Made by a program: the position numbers and the translations under genes | The notes under the pieces: model-generated | Database searches by the model: none | What the model was told of the DNA's origin: nothing | The model's input: only the letters and a program-made list of their open reading frames with translations | Assembly: GCA_965224465.1 (NCBI GenBank) | Contig: OZ245049.1 | Location: 1,050,001 to 1,082,000, forward strand | Source of the DNA: Flavobacteriaceae bacterium | GTDB taxonomy: Bacteria > Bacteroidota > Bacteroidia > Flavobacteriales > Flavobacteriaceae | Direction of reading: 5' to 3' | Length of the DNA stretch: 32,000 nt | Shown: one piece after another, positions 1 through 7,881 of the stretch | Layout of the letters: every line of letters starts with the position of its first letter | Position numbering within the stretch: the stretch's first letter is position 1

Positions 1-277
1 GATCTGGTGTAAATTGAATTCTACTAAAAGGGATGTCAATAGTCTTAGAAAGTAATTTAGCTGTAATTGTTTTTGCAACCCCTGGCACACCTTCTATAAG
101 AGCATGTCCGTTAGATAATAACGCTACAATAAGTAAATCAATCATCTCATGCTGCCCTACAATTACCTTGTGCAACTGTTCTTTTATCTTTAAAACACTT
201 TCTTGTAATTCGGACAAATCAATTCTATTTTCAAATTCAACTTTATCCAACTCGTTCTTTTTATTTAACTCTTCCAT
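1..277 (-). CDS. MoxR-like AAA+ ATPase, N-terminal part only (gene continues past the left edge)
   Basis: Reverse-strand translation from the ATG at 277-275 gives MEELNKKNELDKVEFENRIDLSELQESVLKIKEQLHKVIVGQHEMIDLLIVALLSNGHALIEGVPGVAKTITAKLLSKTIDIPFSRIQFTPD. The VIVGQ, EGVPGVAKT (Walker A) and RIQFTPD segments are the MoxR/AAA_3 signature. It is absent from the ORF track because it is edge-truncated. Confidence 0.85.
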   Translation of the reverse strand, partial: MEELNKKNELDKVEFENRIDLSELQESVLKIKEQLHKVIVGQHEMIDLLIVALLSNGHALIEGVPGVAKTITAKLLSKTIDIPFSRIQFTPD

Positions 278-281
278 ATTA

Positions 282-1496
282 CTATTGTTTCAAATATATT
301 TCTATCATACTATTTAAGCGCATTAGTTCCTCGTTAGAACATTCACTTCTTCCTCTTAAGGCTCTTATTGTTTTTATTAAATACCGTGTACTACTTATTT
401 CATTTCCAGACTTCAATGCCAATAGTTCTATAAATCGCTCATTCAAATTTGAGGTATCCAACAAAAACTGAGTTCGAATTGCCTCTAAAAAATAGGTAAT
501 CTTTTTATCTACTAAATTTTTAGGATTGTTTTCTTTCAAATACAAGTTTGAAATAGTTTGTGTAAACGCTACTGTAGCATTCGTCACCTTCGGCAATATT
601 GGGATAGGACGTTGTTTTCTTCTCGCATTAAAAAGCATAAATAACAAGAGGCTCCCCATTGCAAGGAACAAACTCCATTTTAATGATGAATGTGCTAAAA
701 AATACTTAAAGACCGAATCCTTTTCAGGGCTATTATCAGGTTCCTGTGAAAGGCTACTTTTACGTATTTGGGGATCCCATAAAGTAGGAGCACTTGGCAA
801 ATAAGAAAATACATTTTCTGTATACTTTACCGTGTTTTTTAACATGTAATAATTAGTAAAAGCAATTGGTTGACTGTGTAAGTACACAAGACCTTTACCA
901 TAATAAATTTTAATATAATTAGCCTTTGACACCGTATTTATATCCTGAGTTCCTAAGACAATAGAACGCCCCGAATTGTACGCAGAAAAATACTGACCTG
1001 TTATATTTCGATCATATCCTAGCGCTGTTAAATCAAACGCTTTGTTCTCTAAGGTAAAACTTCCTGATAAAACTTTGAGTTCTTTATCAGAATACCATAA
1101 AGAGTCTCTTTCTTTAGTTTCAAACTCTAATTTTTCTTTCAAATATTCTGGAAAGGAATTCAATGCTATAAAAGCCGTATTCCCATCGGACACAAAACCA
1201 AGTAATTTATCTATCGCTTGGTCATCCAATTTAGGTGCCGCATCTTTAATGCATATATAATTAGAAAATTTTTCGTCTTCATAATTATCCAATAAATAAT
1301 CTTCGATATTTACTTTTAAATAATGGACCTCTTCATTGTCCAATAAAGATGACATCTCGTTAAAAATGATATATGTTCCAAAAGGACTTTTTTCACGTTC
1401 TCGATAATTCTCTTTCCAATTTGTATTTTTACATTGCACAAATAACGAGAGCATTACCATATAAAATGTATAATGTATGTAGTGTTTTCGTATCAA
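282..1496 (-). CDS. DUF4350-like membrane-anchored protein of the MoxR cluster (hypothetical)
   Basis: 404-aa ORF with an N-terminal hydrophobic/signal segment and a second TM near residue 280 (WSLFLAMGSLLLFMLF). Its stop is 4 nt upstream of the MoxR start. Size, topology and position between a DUF4129-like gene and MoxR match the DUF4350 family. The family assignment is from memory of synteny, not a search. Confidence 0.6.
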   Translation of the reverse strand: MIRKHYIHYTFYMVMLSLFVQCKNTNWKENYREREKSPFGTYIIFNEMSSLLDNEEVHYLKVNIEDYLLDNYEDEKFSNYICIKDAAPKLDDQAIDKLLGFVSDGNTAFIALNSFPEYLKEKLEFETKERDSLWYSDKELKVLSGSFTLENKAFDLTALGYDRNITGQYFSAYNSGRSIVLGTQDINTVSKANYIKIYYGKGLVYLHSQPIAFTNYYMLKNTVKYTENVFSYLPSAPTLWDPQIRKSSLSQEPDNSPEKDSVFKYFLAHSSLKWSLFLAMGSLLLFMLFNARRKQRPIPILPKVTNATVAFTQTISNLYLKENNPKNLVDKKITYFLEAIRTQFLLDTSNLNERFIELLALKSGNEISSTRYLIKTIRALRGRSECSNEELMRLNSMIEIYLKQ

Positions 1497-1530
1497 TGAA
1501 TGGAGCTTATAAAGGATTTATAATTAGTGT

Positions 1531-2247
1531 CTATTTTTTAAACATCTGGGCATCTATAGAAAACTCCCCATACCAAACGTAATTATAGATATAGGAAAGG
1601 TAAGAAAAACGGGCACGTAACGACTTGTTTTTTAATTCATATATATATGCAGCATTCGTTTTTTCTATATGGTATTTTATCAATTCTTTGTCTGCTAATT
1701 TTTTTAATGTAGCTAAATAATGATAGCGCGTAGCCAATCTAAAATCCTTCAATGCAACAGCTCTTTTCAAAAGAGCATCAAAATCCGTTGCAGATATAAA
1801 CTCTTCTTCTTCTTCAAATGTTAAACCTGTCCCTTTAATTTTGGTGGTTTTGGAATATTTCCAAAATTTCAAATCTGAGCCCATCAGTACCCTCACAATT
1901 ATATAGACAACCAATAAGCCTAATAAATAAGGAAAAACGGACGTCATAAATAGGAGAAACTTAGTAAAAAACAATGAATCTGAAACAGGCGCTGGTTCTT
2001 TTTTTAACGTATCATCTTCCGGAACATCTTCCTTTTCTGTATATGTAAAATCGCTTCCTGAATATTTAGAATCTAAGGCATCGTCAAAGGAACGTTTTTT
2101 TATATACGCGGTAGATTTAGTTCCCTGATAGGGGGCTTCCGATACGACCGTTAGAACATGATTCTGATCAGGAGAAAATTCAAGTTCCTCTTGAGAAACC
2201 ACATTTATACAATAGAGCACTGCTATTAAAACTAGATATCTACTCAT
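1531..2247 (-). CDS. DUF4129-like membrane protein (hypothetical)
   Basis: 238-aa ORF with a signal peptide and a central TM (FLLFMTSVFPYLLGLLVVYIIV). The C-terminal helical segment RLATRYHYLATLKKLADKELIKY resembles the DUF4129 motif. Its ATG overlaps the upstream gene's stop in an ATGA at 2244-2247. Confidence 0.6.
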   Translation of the reverse strand: MSRYLVLIAVLYCINVVSQEELEFSPDQNHVLTVVSEAPYQGTKSTAYIKKRSFDDALDSKYSGSDFTYTEKEDVPEDDTLKKEPAPVSDSLFFTKFLLFMTSVFPYLLGLLVVYIIVRVLMGSDLKFWKYSKTTKIKGTGLTFEEEEEFISATDFDALLKRAVALKDFRLATRYHYLATLKKLADKELIKYHIEKTNAAYIYELKNKSLRARFSYLSYIYNYVWYGEFSIDAQMFKK

Positions 2248-3212
2248 AAACGAACTTGTTTTTTAGCCGCTACTTTAAATGGCAGTATAAAATAATAGTA
2301 GCTTATAATAGCGAGGCAACTTATAATAATTCCGATGCATACAAATGTGGGCATACTATTGGAAAATCTTGTGACATAACCTTCTAATAACGCTGCCATA
2401 ATTGTAAAAGGAATGGTACTTAGAAATATAATGAAAGCTTCTCGCAATCCAATTTTAAAGGATTCCATTCTCTTCAGCGTTCCTGGAAACAAAATACTAG
2501 CGCCAATTACATAACCAGCCGCAGCTTCTACAATCATTCCAAAGATTTCGAAAGTTCCATGAATCCAGATCCCTTTTACACTGTCAAAAAAACTATTCTG
2601 TTGAAAAAAGAAGGCTTGAAATACAGCAACCATTATGGCGTTATACACAATATAAAACCCTGTTCCTATTCCTAAAAACAATCCAGATAAGAACATGTTT
2701 AAGCCAACACGTATATTATTATCCAAAATACCAATAAAACTCCCCCAATTACTACCCCCTTTATAAATAGCCAATGTGTCACCACTTTCTATATTCTCAA
2801 GTGTTTGATCTACATAACTGTCACCCAGAATTTGCCGTGCAAAACCTTCATCATTAAACGTAGAAACTAAACCTATAAAAAAACAGATAAAGAAGAATAC
2901 AAAAGAAATATAAAGGTATTTCCTATGCTTATAAACCAATAGAGGAATCGTCTCGAAAAAAAACAGAAACAATGCATTCTTCTCCGTTCTTTTAGCGTGG
3001 TAAACTTTACCATGACTCACTTTGGCTAAATTATTTAAATACAGAACAATTTTACTTTTTGGGTAAAAGGTTTGTGCATATGCTAAATCATTCATGATTT
3101 TAATATGTAGTGTGGCTATCTCATCAGGACTTTTTTTTCTATTATTTGAAATAATTTGCTCAAAGTCTAACCATTTTTCTTTATTTTGCTTTATAAAAGC
3201 GATCTCTCTCAT
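2244..3212 (-). CDS. SpoIIM-like (DUF95) integral membrane protein
   Basis: The ORF track gives 2244..3263. I prefer the internal Met at 3212 (MREIAFIKQNKEKWLDFEQII, the usual N-terminus for this family), which avoids overlap with the divergent RDD gene. The product is multi-TM with a cytoplasmic N-terminal helical domain. Confidence 0.7.
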   Translation of the reverse strand: MREIAFIKQNKEKWLDFEQIISNNRKKSPDEIATLHIKIMNDLAYAQTFYPKSKIVLYLNNLAKVSHGKVYHAKRTEKNALFLFFFETIPLLVYKHRKYLYISFVFFFICFFIGLVSTFNDEGFARQILGDSYVDQTLENIESGDTLAIYKGGSNWGSFIGILDNNIRVGLNMFLSGLFLGIGTGFYIVYNAIMVAVFQAFFFQQNSFFDSVKGIWIHGTFEIFGMIVEAAAGYVIGASILFPGTLKRMESFKIGLREAFIIFLSTIPFTIMAALLEGYVTRFSNSMPTFVCIGIIISCLAIISYYYFILPFKVAAKKQVRL

Positions 3213-3233
3213 TGAGGCTAAAGTAATAATTAT

Positions 3234-4043
3234 ATGAAAACGTTGCAAATTAATACTACACAAAATGTAAACATCAATTTCACCATTGCAAGTGTTAGTG
3301 AGCGAACCTTAGCATTCGCAGTAGACAATGCACTGAAATTCACTTACATATATATAGCGTTTAACTATTTAAACCTTTTTAACTTTCAAGATAGCCTAGG
3401 TGATCAATGGTCTATAAAAGCCATGGATATCCTTGTTTTTTTACCAATCACGTTCTATTCCCTCTACTCTGAAATAGGAATGAATGGGCAAACAATAGGA
3501 AAAAAGTTACTCAAAATAAAAGTAGTTACCATGGATGGCTTCAAACCATCAAATACAGATTACATGATGCGATGGTTTTTAAGAACGGTAGATTTTAATG
3601 TTTTTACCCTTATATTTGTCTACATAGCATCCTTAGGGCTCAATAAAAACATCCCCTTATTAGTGACGCTTTTTATCTTTGGAAAATTAACAGGTTATAT
3701 TTGTATTGTACTTACAAAAAACAACCAACGTTTTGGAGACCTATCTGCAAATACAATCGTAATTAGCCTTAAAGACAGTATTGAGTTTTCACACACTATT
3801 TCAGAAAACATCAGCGAACAATACATCCCAACCTACCCTAACGTTATTAAATTATCAGATAATGATGCACGCATAATTAAAGACACCTATAGAGTTGCCC
3901 TAAAAAGCAAAGATTATCCAACAATGATAAAATTAAGAACCAAAATAGAGCAAGTCACTAAAATTAAATCACTTGAAAAAAGTGACATCGTTTTTATAAA
4001 TAAAGTACTCAAAGATTACAACTATTATACCCAAGAAATGTAA
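3234..4043 (+). CDS. RDD-family membrane protein
   Basis: 269 aa. It has the N-terminal R..A..VD motif (ERTLAFAVDNALKF), TM segments, and the distal FGDLSANTIVI motif characteristic of RDD domains. It is divergent from the SpoIIM-like gene, with only 21 nt between the two starts. Confidence 0.7.
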   Translation: MKTLQINTTQNVNINFTIASVSERTLAFAVDNALKFTYIYIAFNYLNLFNFQDSLGDQWSIKAMDILVFLPITFYSLYSEIGMNGQTIGKKLLKIKVVTMDGFKPSNTDYMMRWFLRTVDFNVFTLIFVYIASLGLNKNIPLLVTLFIFGKLTGYICIVLTKNNQRFGDLSANTIVISLKDSIEFSHTISENISEQYIPTYPNVIKLSDNDARIIKDTYRVALKSKDYPTMIKLRTKIEQVTKIKSLEKSDIVFINKVLKDYNYYTQEM

Positions 4044-4666
4044 TGACACCATTCTATATATTAGACATCATAGGCACTGTAGCATTTGCCATGTCTGGAG
4101 CTTTAGTAGCTATGAATAAAAGATTAGATCCTTTTGGGGTCTTTATAATTGCCTTTGTTACCGCCGCAGGAGGAGGTACTATGCGTGATATACTTACAGG
4201 AAGATTACCAGTTATTTGGATGCAAGACATCAATTATATGTATGCTATTACAGGCGCTACATTTATTGCCATTGTTTTCAGAAAAAGACTGCGATTTTGG
4301 AGTAAAACATTTTTTTTGTTTGACACCATAGGAATTGGTGTCTTTACCATTATGGGAACAGAAATAGGTGTAAAAGCAGGATTCCACCCAATCATATCTA
4401 TTGCATTAGGCACAATGACCGCTTGCTTTGGAGGTGTAACCCGAGATATTTTATGTAATGATATCCCAATCATATTCAGAAAAGAAATTTATGCAACAGC
4501 ATGCATCATCGGCGCAATCACCTATTTGATATTACTAGAATTTGTAGCCAATACAACTTATGTATACATTGGAACTACTTTTATCGTAATCATTGTCCGA
4601 TTGCTTGCCGTACGTTTTAAATTTTCACTCCCTACTTTTTACAACGATACAAACCGATCAAATTAA
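4043..4666 (+). CDS. Trimeric intracellular cation channel family protein (UPF0126, YadS/YicG-like)
   Basis: 207 aa with 7 predicted TM segments and two UPF0126 repeats carrying the glycine-rich motifs AAGGGTMRDIL and CFGGVTRDIL. The start ATG overlaps the RDD stop (TAATG). Confidence 0.85.
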   Translation: MTPFYILDIIGTVAFAMSGALVAMNKRLDPFGVFIIAFVTAAGGGTMRDILTGRLPVIWMQDINYMYAITGATFIAIVFRKRLRFWSKTFFLFDTIGIGVFTIMGTEIGVKAGFHPIISIALGTMTACFGGVTRDILCNDIPIIFRKEIYATACIIGAITYLILLEFVANTTYVYIGTTFIVIIVRLLAVRFKFSLPTFYNDTNRSN

Positions 4667-5073
4667 TCACCACTATACACCACGAAATTTCGTGGTGTTT
4701 CATACAATGTAATCGTAAGTTCTAAATCTACATCAAGTTTTGGCTTTAATTTATTGTAGATAACCAATACGATATTTTCTGCCGTCGGATTTAATGTCGC
4801 AAATTCTGGCACTTCTTCGTTCAAATTTTTATGGTCAAATGCTTCTTCTATTTCTTCTTCTATCAGTTTTTTTAGCACTTTCATATCCATTACAAAGCCC
4901 GTTTCTGGATGAATCTCTCCTTTTACTCCAACAATCAACTCATAATTATGTCCGTGATAATGTGGATTGGCACATTTACCAAATACAGTGGCATTTCTAG
5001 CATCACTCCATTCGGCATTGTACAATCTATGTGCAGCATTAAAATGAGCCTTTCTATTTACAGTAACTTTCAT
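4663..5073 (-). CDS. 6-pyruvoyl-tetrahydropterin / 6-carboxy-tetrahydropterin synthase family protein (COG0720, QueD/PTPS)
   Basis: 136 aa with FNAAHRL, the zinc/catalytic motif CANPHYHGHNYEL, and DHKNLN. The 3' end overlaps the convergent TRIC gene by 4 nt. Confidence 0.85.
   Translation of the reverse strand: MKVTVNRKAHFNAAHRLYNAEWSDARNATVFGKCANPHYHGHNYELIVGVKGEIHPETGFVMDMKVLKKLIEEEIEEAFDHKNLNEEVPEFATLNPTAENIVLVIYNKLKPKLDVDLELTITLYETPRNFVVYSGD
4677..4696 (+). terminator. Perfect 20-nt palindrome (CACCACGAAATTTCGTGGTG), possible terminator for the TRIC gene
   Basis: The 10+10 nt self-complementary sequence starts 11 nt after the TRIC stop codon and is followed by TTTC. It lies inside the last codons of the convergent PTPS gene (..TPRNFVVY..). 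Confidence 0.35.
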
Positions 5074-5093
5074 AACAGTTTTTTAAGGGCAAT

Positions 5094-5609
5094 TTACACT
5101 TTTAAATGATGATAAAACTTATCAAAAATTATCTTAAACCATTCTGTATAAATTGCAGGCTGCATTTCCATATCTTGTTTTACATCTTCTAAGGTCATCC
5201 ATTTATAGGAAGCTACCTCGTCTGGATTTATCACTGGAGCTTTTGTATATGTCCCAATCATAACATGATCCAGTTCATGTTCTGTCAATCCATTGTCAAA
5301 AGGCGCTTTGTAAATAAAACTAAACAATTCTTTAAGATCACATACAAAACCCATCTCTTCAAATAAACGGCGTTTCCCTGCATCCAAACTTGTTTCACCA
5401 TTGCGCTGATGACTACAGCAGGTATTCGCCCAAAGTAAAGGAGAGTGGTACTTTTCCGCTGCACGTTGTTGCAGCATAAGTTCTCCTTTATCATTCATAA
5501 CAAATACAGAGAAGGCTCGGTGTAATAAAGCCTTTTCATGAGCCTCTATTTTTTCCATTAAACCTATTTGTTCGTCTTGCTCGTTTACGAGTATTACTTG
5601 TTCTTCCAT
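5094..5609 (-). CDS. idi: Isopentenyl-diphosphate delta-isomerase, type 1
   Basis: It has a Nudix-like fold with HRAFSVFV, the catalytic NTCCSHQ motif and a Glu-rich EEMGF segment. The ORF track extends to 5624. I prefer Met at 5609 (MEEQVILVNEQDEQIG), which matches the usual N-terminus and lies 20 nt downstream of a minus-strand TAGCTTTG box at 5629-5636. Confidence 0.85.
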   Translation of the reverse strand: MEEQVILVNEQDEQIGLMEKIEAHEKALLHRAFSVFVMNDKGELMLQQRAAEKYHSPLLWANTCCSHQRNGETSLDAGKRRLFEEMGFVCDLKELFSFIYKAPFDNGLTEHELDHVMIGTYTKAPVINPDEVASYKWMTLEDVKQDMEMQPAIYTEWFKIIFDKFYHHLKV

Positions 5610-5715
5610 TATAATATAAATCAAAACACAAAGCTACAAAAAAACAATTTCCTGTTCAATTAAGTTTTCATATCTTGCCAGCAATATATATAAGTTAACA
5701 AATCAACACCCCCCA

Positions 5716-6267
5716 ATGACCCCTTCAAAAGCCATTATTTACTTTTTAGTATCAATCCTTTTTATTTCTTGTGAAATTCTAATTTTAGACGAACTAAGCC
5801 TAGAAGACTCTTTAGAGGAAATGATTGTAGGAAAATGGAGTCTTTCAGAATTTTCGACAGACGATGCTCTATTAACGAGTACAGATCTAAAAGAAAAATC
5901 AGAAATAAATATAAAAAGCACTAAAAACAATTCTTCTTTTGAAGTGAATTTCTTAGACAATCCTAAACAAATTCTTATTGATGGTACTTTTTCAATCACG
6001 CTAACAGGAATTGTTCAAAACAAAATGTATTCAAATACCTATAACTGCAACTACTTTTTTGAAGATATACTCTTAGGAAAATGGGGCATCATAAATTCGA
6101 ACTTGTATTTAAGCGAAGAACAATTGCATGCTACTATTTTGATTAAAGATCTTACAGACGATTCTTTAAAATTGAATATTAAAGTAGAAAAGAAATTAGA
6201 TCAAGAAGGTCTTCAGGGAAACCTAAAAGCTACATTTTGCATGACCTTTAAACGAAAAACCAACTAA
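5716..6267 (+). CDS. Lipocalin-like lipoprotein (hypothetical), paralog 1
   Basis: 183 aa with a signal peptide and lipobox (LFISC). It shares a motif order with the next gene: GKWSL.EF ... DGTFSITLTG ... LLGKWGI ... SLKLNIKV ... LKATFCMTF. Confidence 0.6.
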   Translation: MTPSKAIIYFLVSILFISCEILILDELSLEDSLEEMIVGKWSLSEFSTDDALLTSTDLKEKSEINIKSTKNNSSFEVNFLDNPKQILIDGTFSITLTGIVQNKMYSNTYNCNYFFEDILLGKWGIINSNLYLSEEQLHATILIKDLTDDSLKLNIKVEKKLDQEGLQGNLKATFCMTFKRKTN

Positions 6268-6309
6268 GTTTATTCCGTTTTCGTATCTTTCGGCTTAAAA
6301 ACTGTTCTT

Positions 6310-6849
6310 ATGAAAAATAACCTATTACTTAGTACTGTTTTATGCGCTGTATTGTTAATCTCCTGCGAAAAAAACGAGGACAACCCAACTACAGAAAACA
6401 GTGACAATAAACGCATTACAAACACCTGGAACTTAACAGATTTCCATGCAGAAAATGCTTTGTTTACGATTAACTACCTAGGAAAAAAAATACCAATACC
6501 TATTACCTGTACAGGGTCAGATTACGATGTAATCCTTCTTTTTAAAGATGCTCCAAAAACAGTAAACTCCGAAGGGGATTTCACAGTAACTGTATCTGGA
6601 AGCTTTATGGGACAAAAAAGAAATGGTTCTTTTTCAAGTGATTTGTTTATGAAAAATCTATTTCTAGGCAGCTGGAAGATCTCAGAAGATAAATTAATCG
6701 TTGAAAAAGATGGAGAGAGCAATACATTTGACATCGAATCCCTCACTAAAAACACCTTAAAACTAAAACTTGACATTAGCCATCAAATCTCTAATGACGG
6801 TATAGAAGGTACAGTCACTGCAAAAATAGTGCTCACTTTTACACCGTAA
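6310..6849 (+). CDS. Lipocalin-like lipoprotein (hypothetical), paralog 2
   Basis: 179 aa with lipobox LLISC. It has the same motif order as the upstream gene: NTWNLTDF ... GDFTVTVSG ... FLGSWKI ... TLKLKLDI ... VTAKIVLTF. Confidence 0.6.
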   Translation: MKNNLLLSTVLCAVLLISCEKNEDNPTTENSDNKRITNTWNLTDFHAENALFTINYLGKKIPIPITCTGSDYDVILLFKDAPKTVNSEGDFTVTVSGSFMGQKRNGSFSSDLFMKNLFLGSWKISEDKLIVEKDGESNTFDIESLTKNTLKLKLDISHQISNDGIEGTVTAKIVLTFTP

Positions 6850-6890
6850 ACACTTATAAACTTGTTTTTTTTCAGATTCCTTACTCACAA

Positions 6891-7075
6891 CTTATACCAA
6901 ATACATTTCCAAGTGACGGTTTAGAAATAAACTATTTATAACGGTCATTATGGATTTTAATTGGCATTATATCTAGGCGGAAAATCTAAGAATAGCCTGA
7001 GCTATCGTTCTGTTTTTCAACAACGCTAGAGCGTAAAACAAACTATTTATATCGGTCATTTTGGATTGTAATTGC
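6891..7075 (-). repeat. Dispersed intergenic repeat, copy A (185 bp, inverted relative to copies B and C)
   Basis: The reverse complement aligns along its whole length with 16820-16980 and 30613-30773. The shared blocks are CAATTA(C/A)AATCCAAAATGAC.GATATA.ATAGTTT.TTTTACGC.CTAGC.TTGTT, AACGATA.CT.AGGCTAT and AAAC.GTCACTTGGAAAT.TATTTGGTATAA. It carries an extra internal copy of the 5' module at 6929-6966. Confidence 0.85.
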
Positions 7076-7334
7076 CTTTATATAAGCACCATTAATTAAC
7101 ACAAAAGAAGTTATCTAATTTAGCAATCTTAATTATTTTATATGAAAACTAAAAATAAGGAATCACTCTTGTAGATCAATACCACAGATTATTTCAGTTT
7201 TATACAGACAACACCTACACGTATAAAGATTTGTAATTAAAAAAAAGACCAGAAAACAACGCCTCTATTTACTACTTATTTTTAAGTATACAAATAAATA
7301 GCAGCATTATTTTGCTTACATTTTTTTAATTAAT

Positions 7335-7342
7335 TAAATTTG
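7335..7342 (+). promoter_or_regulatory. Bacteroidota -7 promoter box TAAATTTG upstream of the MarR gene
   Basis: Exact match to TAnnTTTG, 23 nt upstream of the TTG start at 7365. Confidence 0.45.
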
Positions 7343-7364
7343 TACCGCTATAAAACTTACAATT

Positions 7365-7811
7365 TTGAGTATCAAAGAAGACTTACAGAGCAATTTCAGG
7401 AACGAATACCTAAAAGCACGGGTGAATGTTTATTTGACCAATGTTTATCTAATGGATAAAATGAATCAAATAATAAAGCCCCATAAATTATCGATTGCTC
7501 AATTTAACACTTTACGTATCTTAAGGGGACAATACCCTAAAAACGCAAGCATTGGTCTGATTAAAGAACGAATGATAGATAAAAACTCTGACGTTAGTAG
7601 AATTATAGATCGTTTGGTATTTAAAAAACTAGTAGACTGCGTAGCGTGTAAGAAGGATCGTCGCCAGAAAGATGTAAAAATCACTAAAAAAGGATTAGCT
7701 ATTTTATCTTCCGTAGACACTTTAGAAATAGAATTAGACAATAGCTTACACCATCTTTCCGATACAGAAATAACAGAATTAAACCGCCTATTGGATAAGA
7801 TCAGAGAATAA
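7365..7811 (+). CDS. MarR-family transcriptional regulator
   Basis: 148 aa with a winged-helix core: LSIAQFNTLRIL ... IGLIKERM ... DVSRIIDRLVFKKLV ... DRRQKDVKITKKG. The start is TTG. An alternative start is the ATG codon at MDKMNQ about 87 nt downstream. Confidence 0.8.
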   Translation: MSIKEDLQSNFRNEYLKARVNVYLTNVYLMDKMNQIIKPHKLSIAQFNTLRILRGQYPKNASIGLIKERMIDKNSDVSRIIDRLVFKKLVDCVACKKDRRQKDVKITKKGLAILSSVDTLEIELDNSLHHLSDTEITELNRLLDKIRE

Positions 7812-7857
7812 ATAACTGCTTTCTTTACTTCAAATTGCCATTTGAAACTTTAAATAC

Positions 7858-7865
7858 TATCTTTG
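7858..7865 (+). promoter_or_regulatory. -7 promoter box TATCTTTG upstream of prfC
   Basis: Exact TAnnTTTG match, 17 nt upstream of the ATG at 7882. Confidence 0.5.
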
Positions 7866-7881
7866 CGCCTAAATTTTAAGC

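Noticed and set aside
33-317. 94-aa plus-strand ORF at the left edge
   Set aside because: It lies antisense to a clear MoxR ATPase N-terminus on the minus strand. Its product is low-complexity (S/N/I/L/C-rich) with no motif, so it is an antisense artefact of AT-rich coding DNA.
3213-3263. N-terminal extensions proposed by the ORF track (SpoIIM-like to 3263, pepE to 28936, idi to 5624)
   Set aside because: Internal Met codons give canonical family N-termini. They also remove the overlap with the divergent RDD gene and, for idi, restore sensible spacing from a -7 promoter box.
7080-7364. 285-bp AT-rich gene-free stretch between repeat copy A and the MarR gene, examined for an RNA gene or further repeat copies
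   Set aside because: I found no stable hairpins, no tRNA-like structure and no similarity to the repeat family or to other parts of the window. It most likely holds only promoter and regulatory DNA for the MarR gene.
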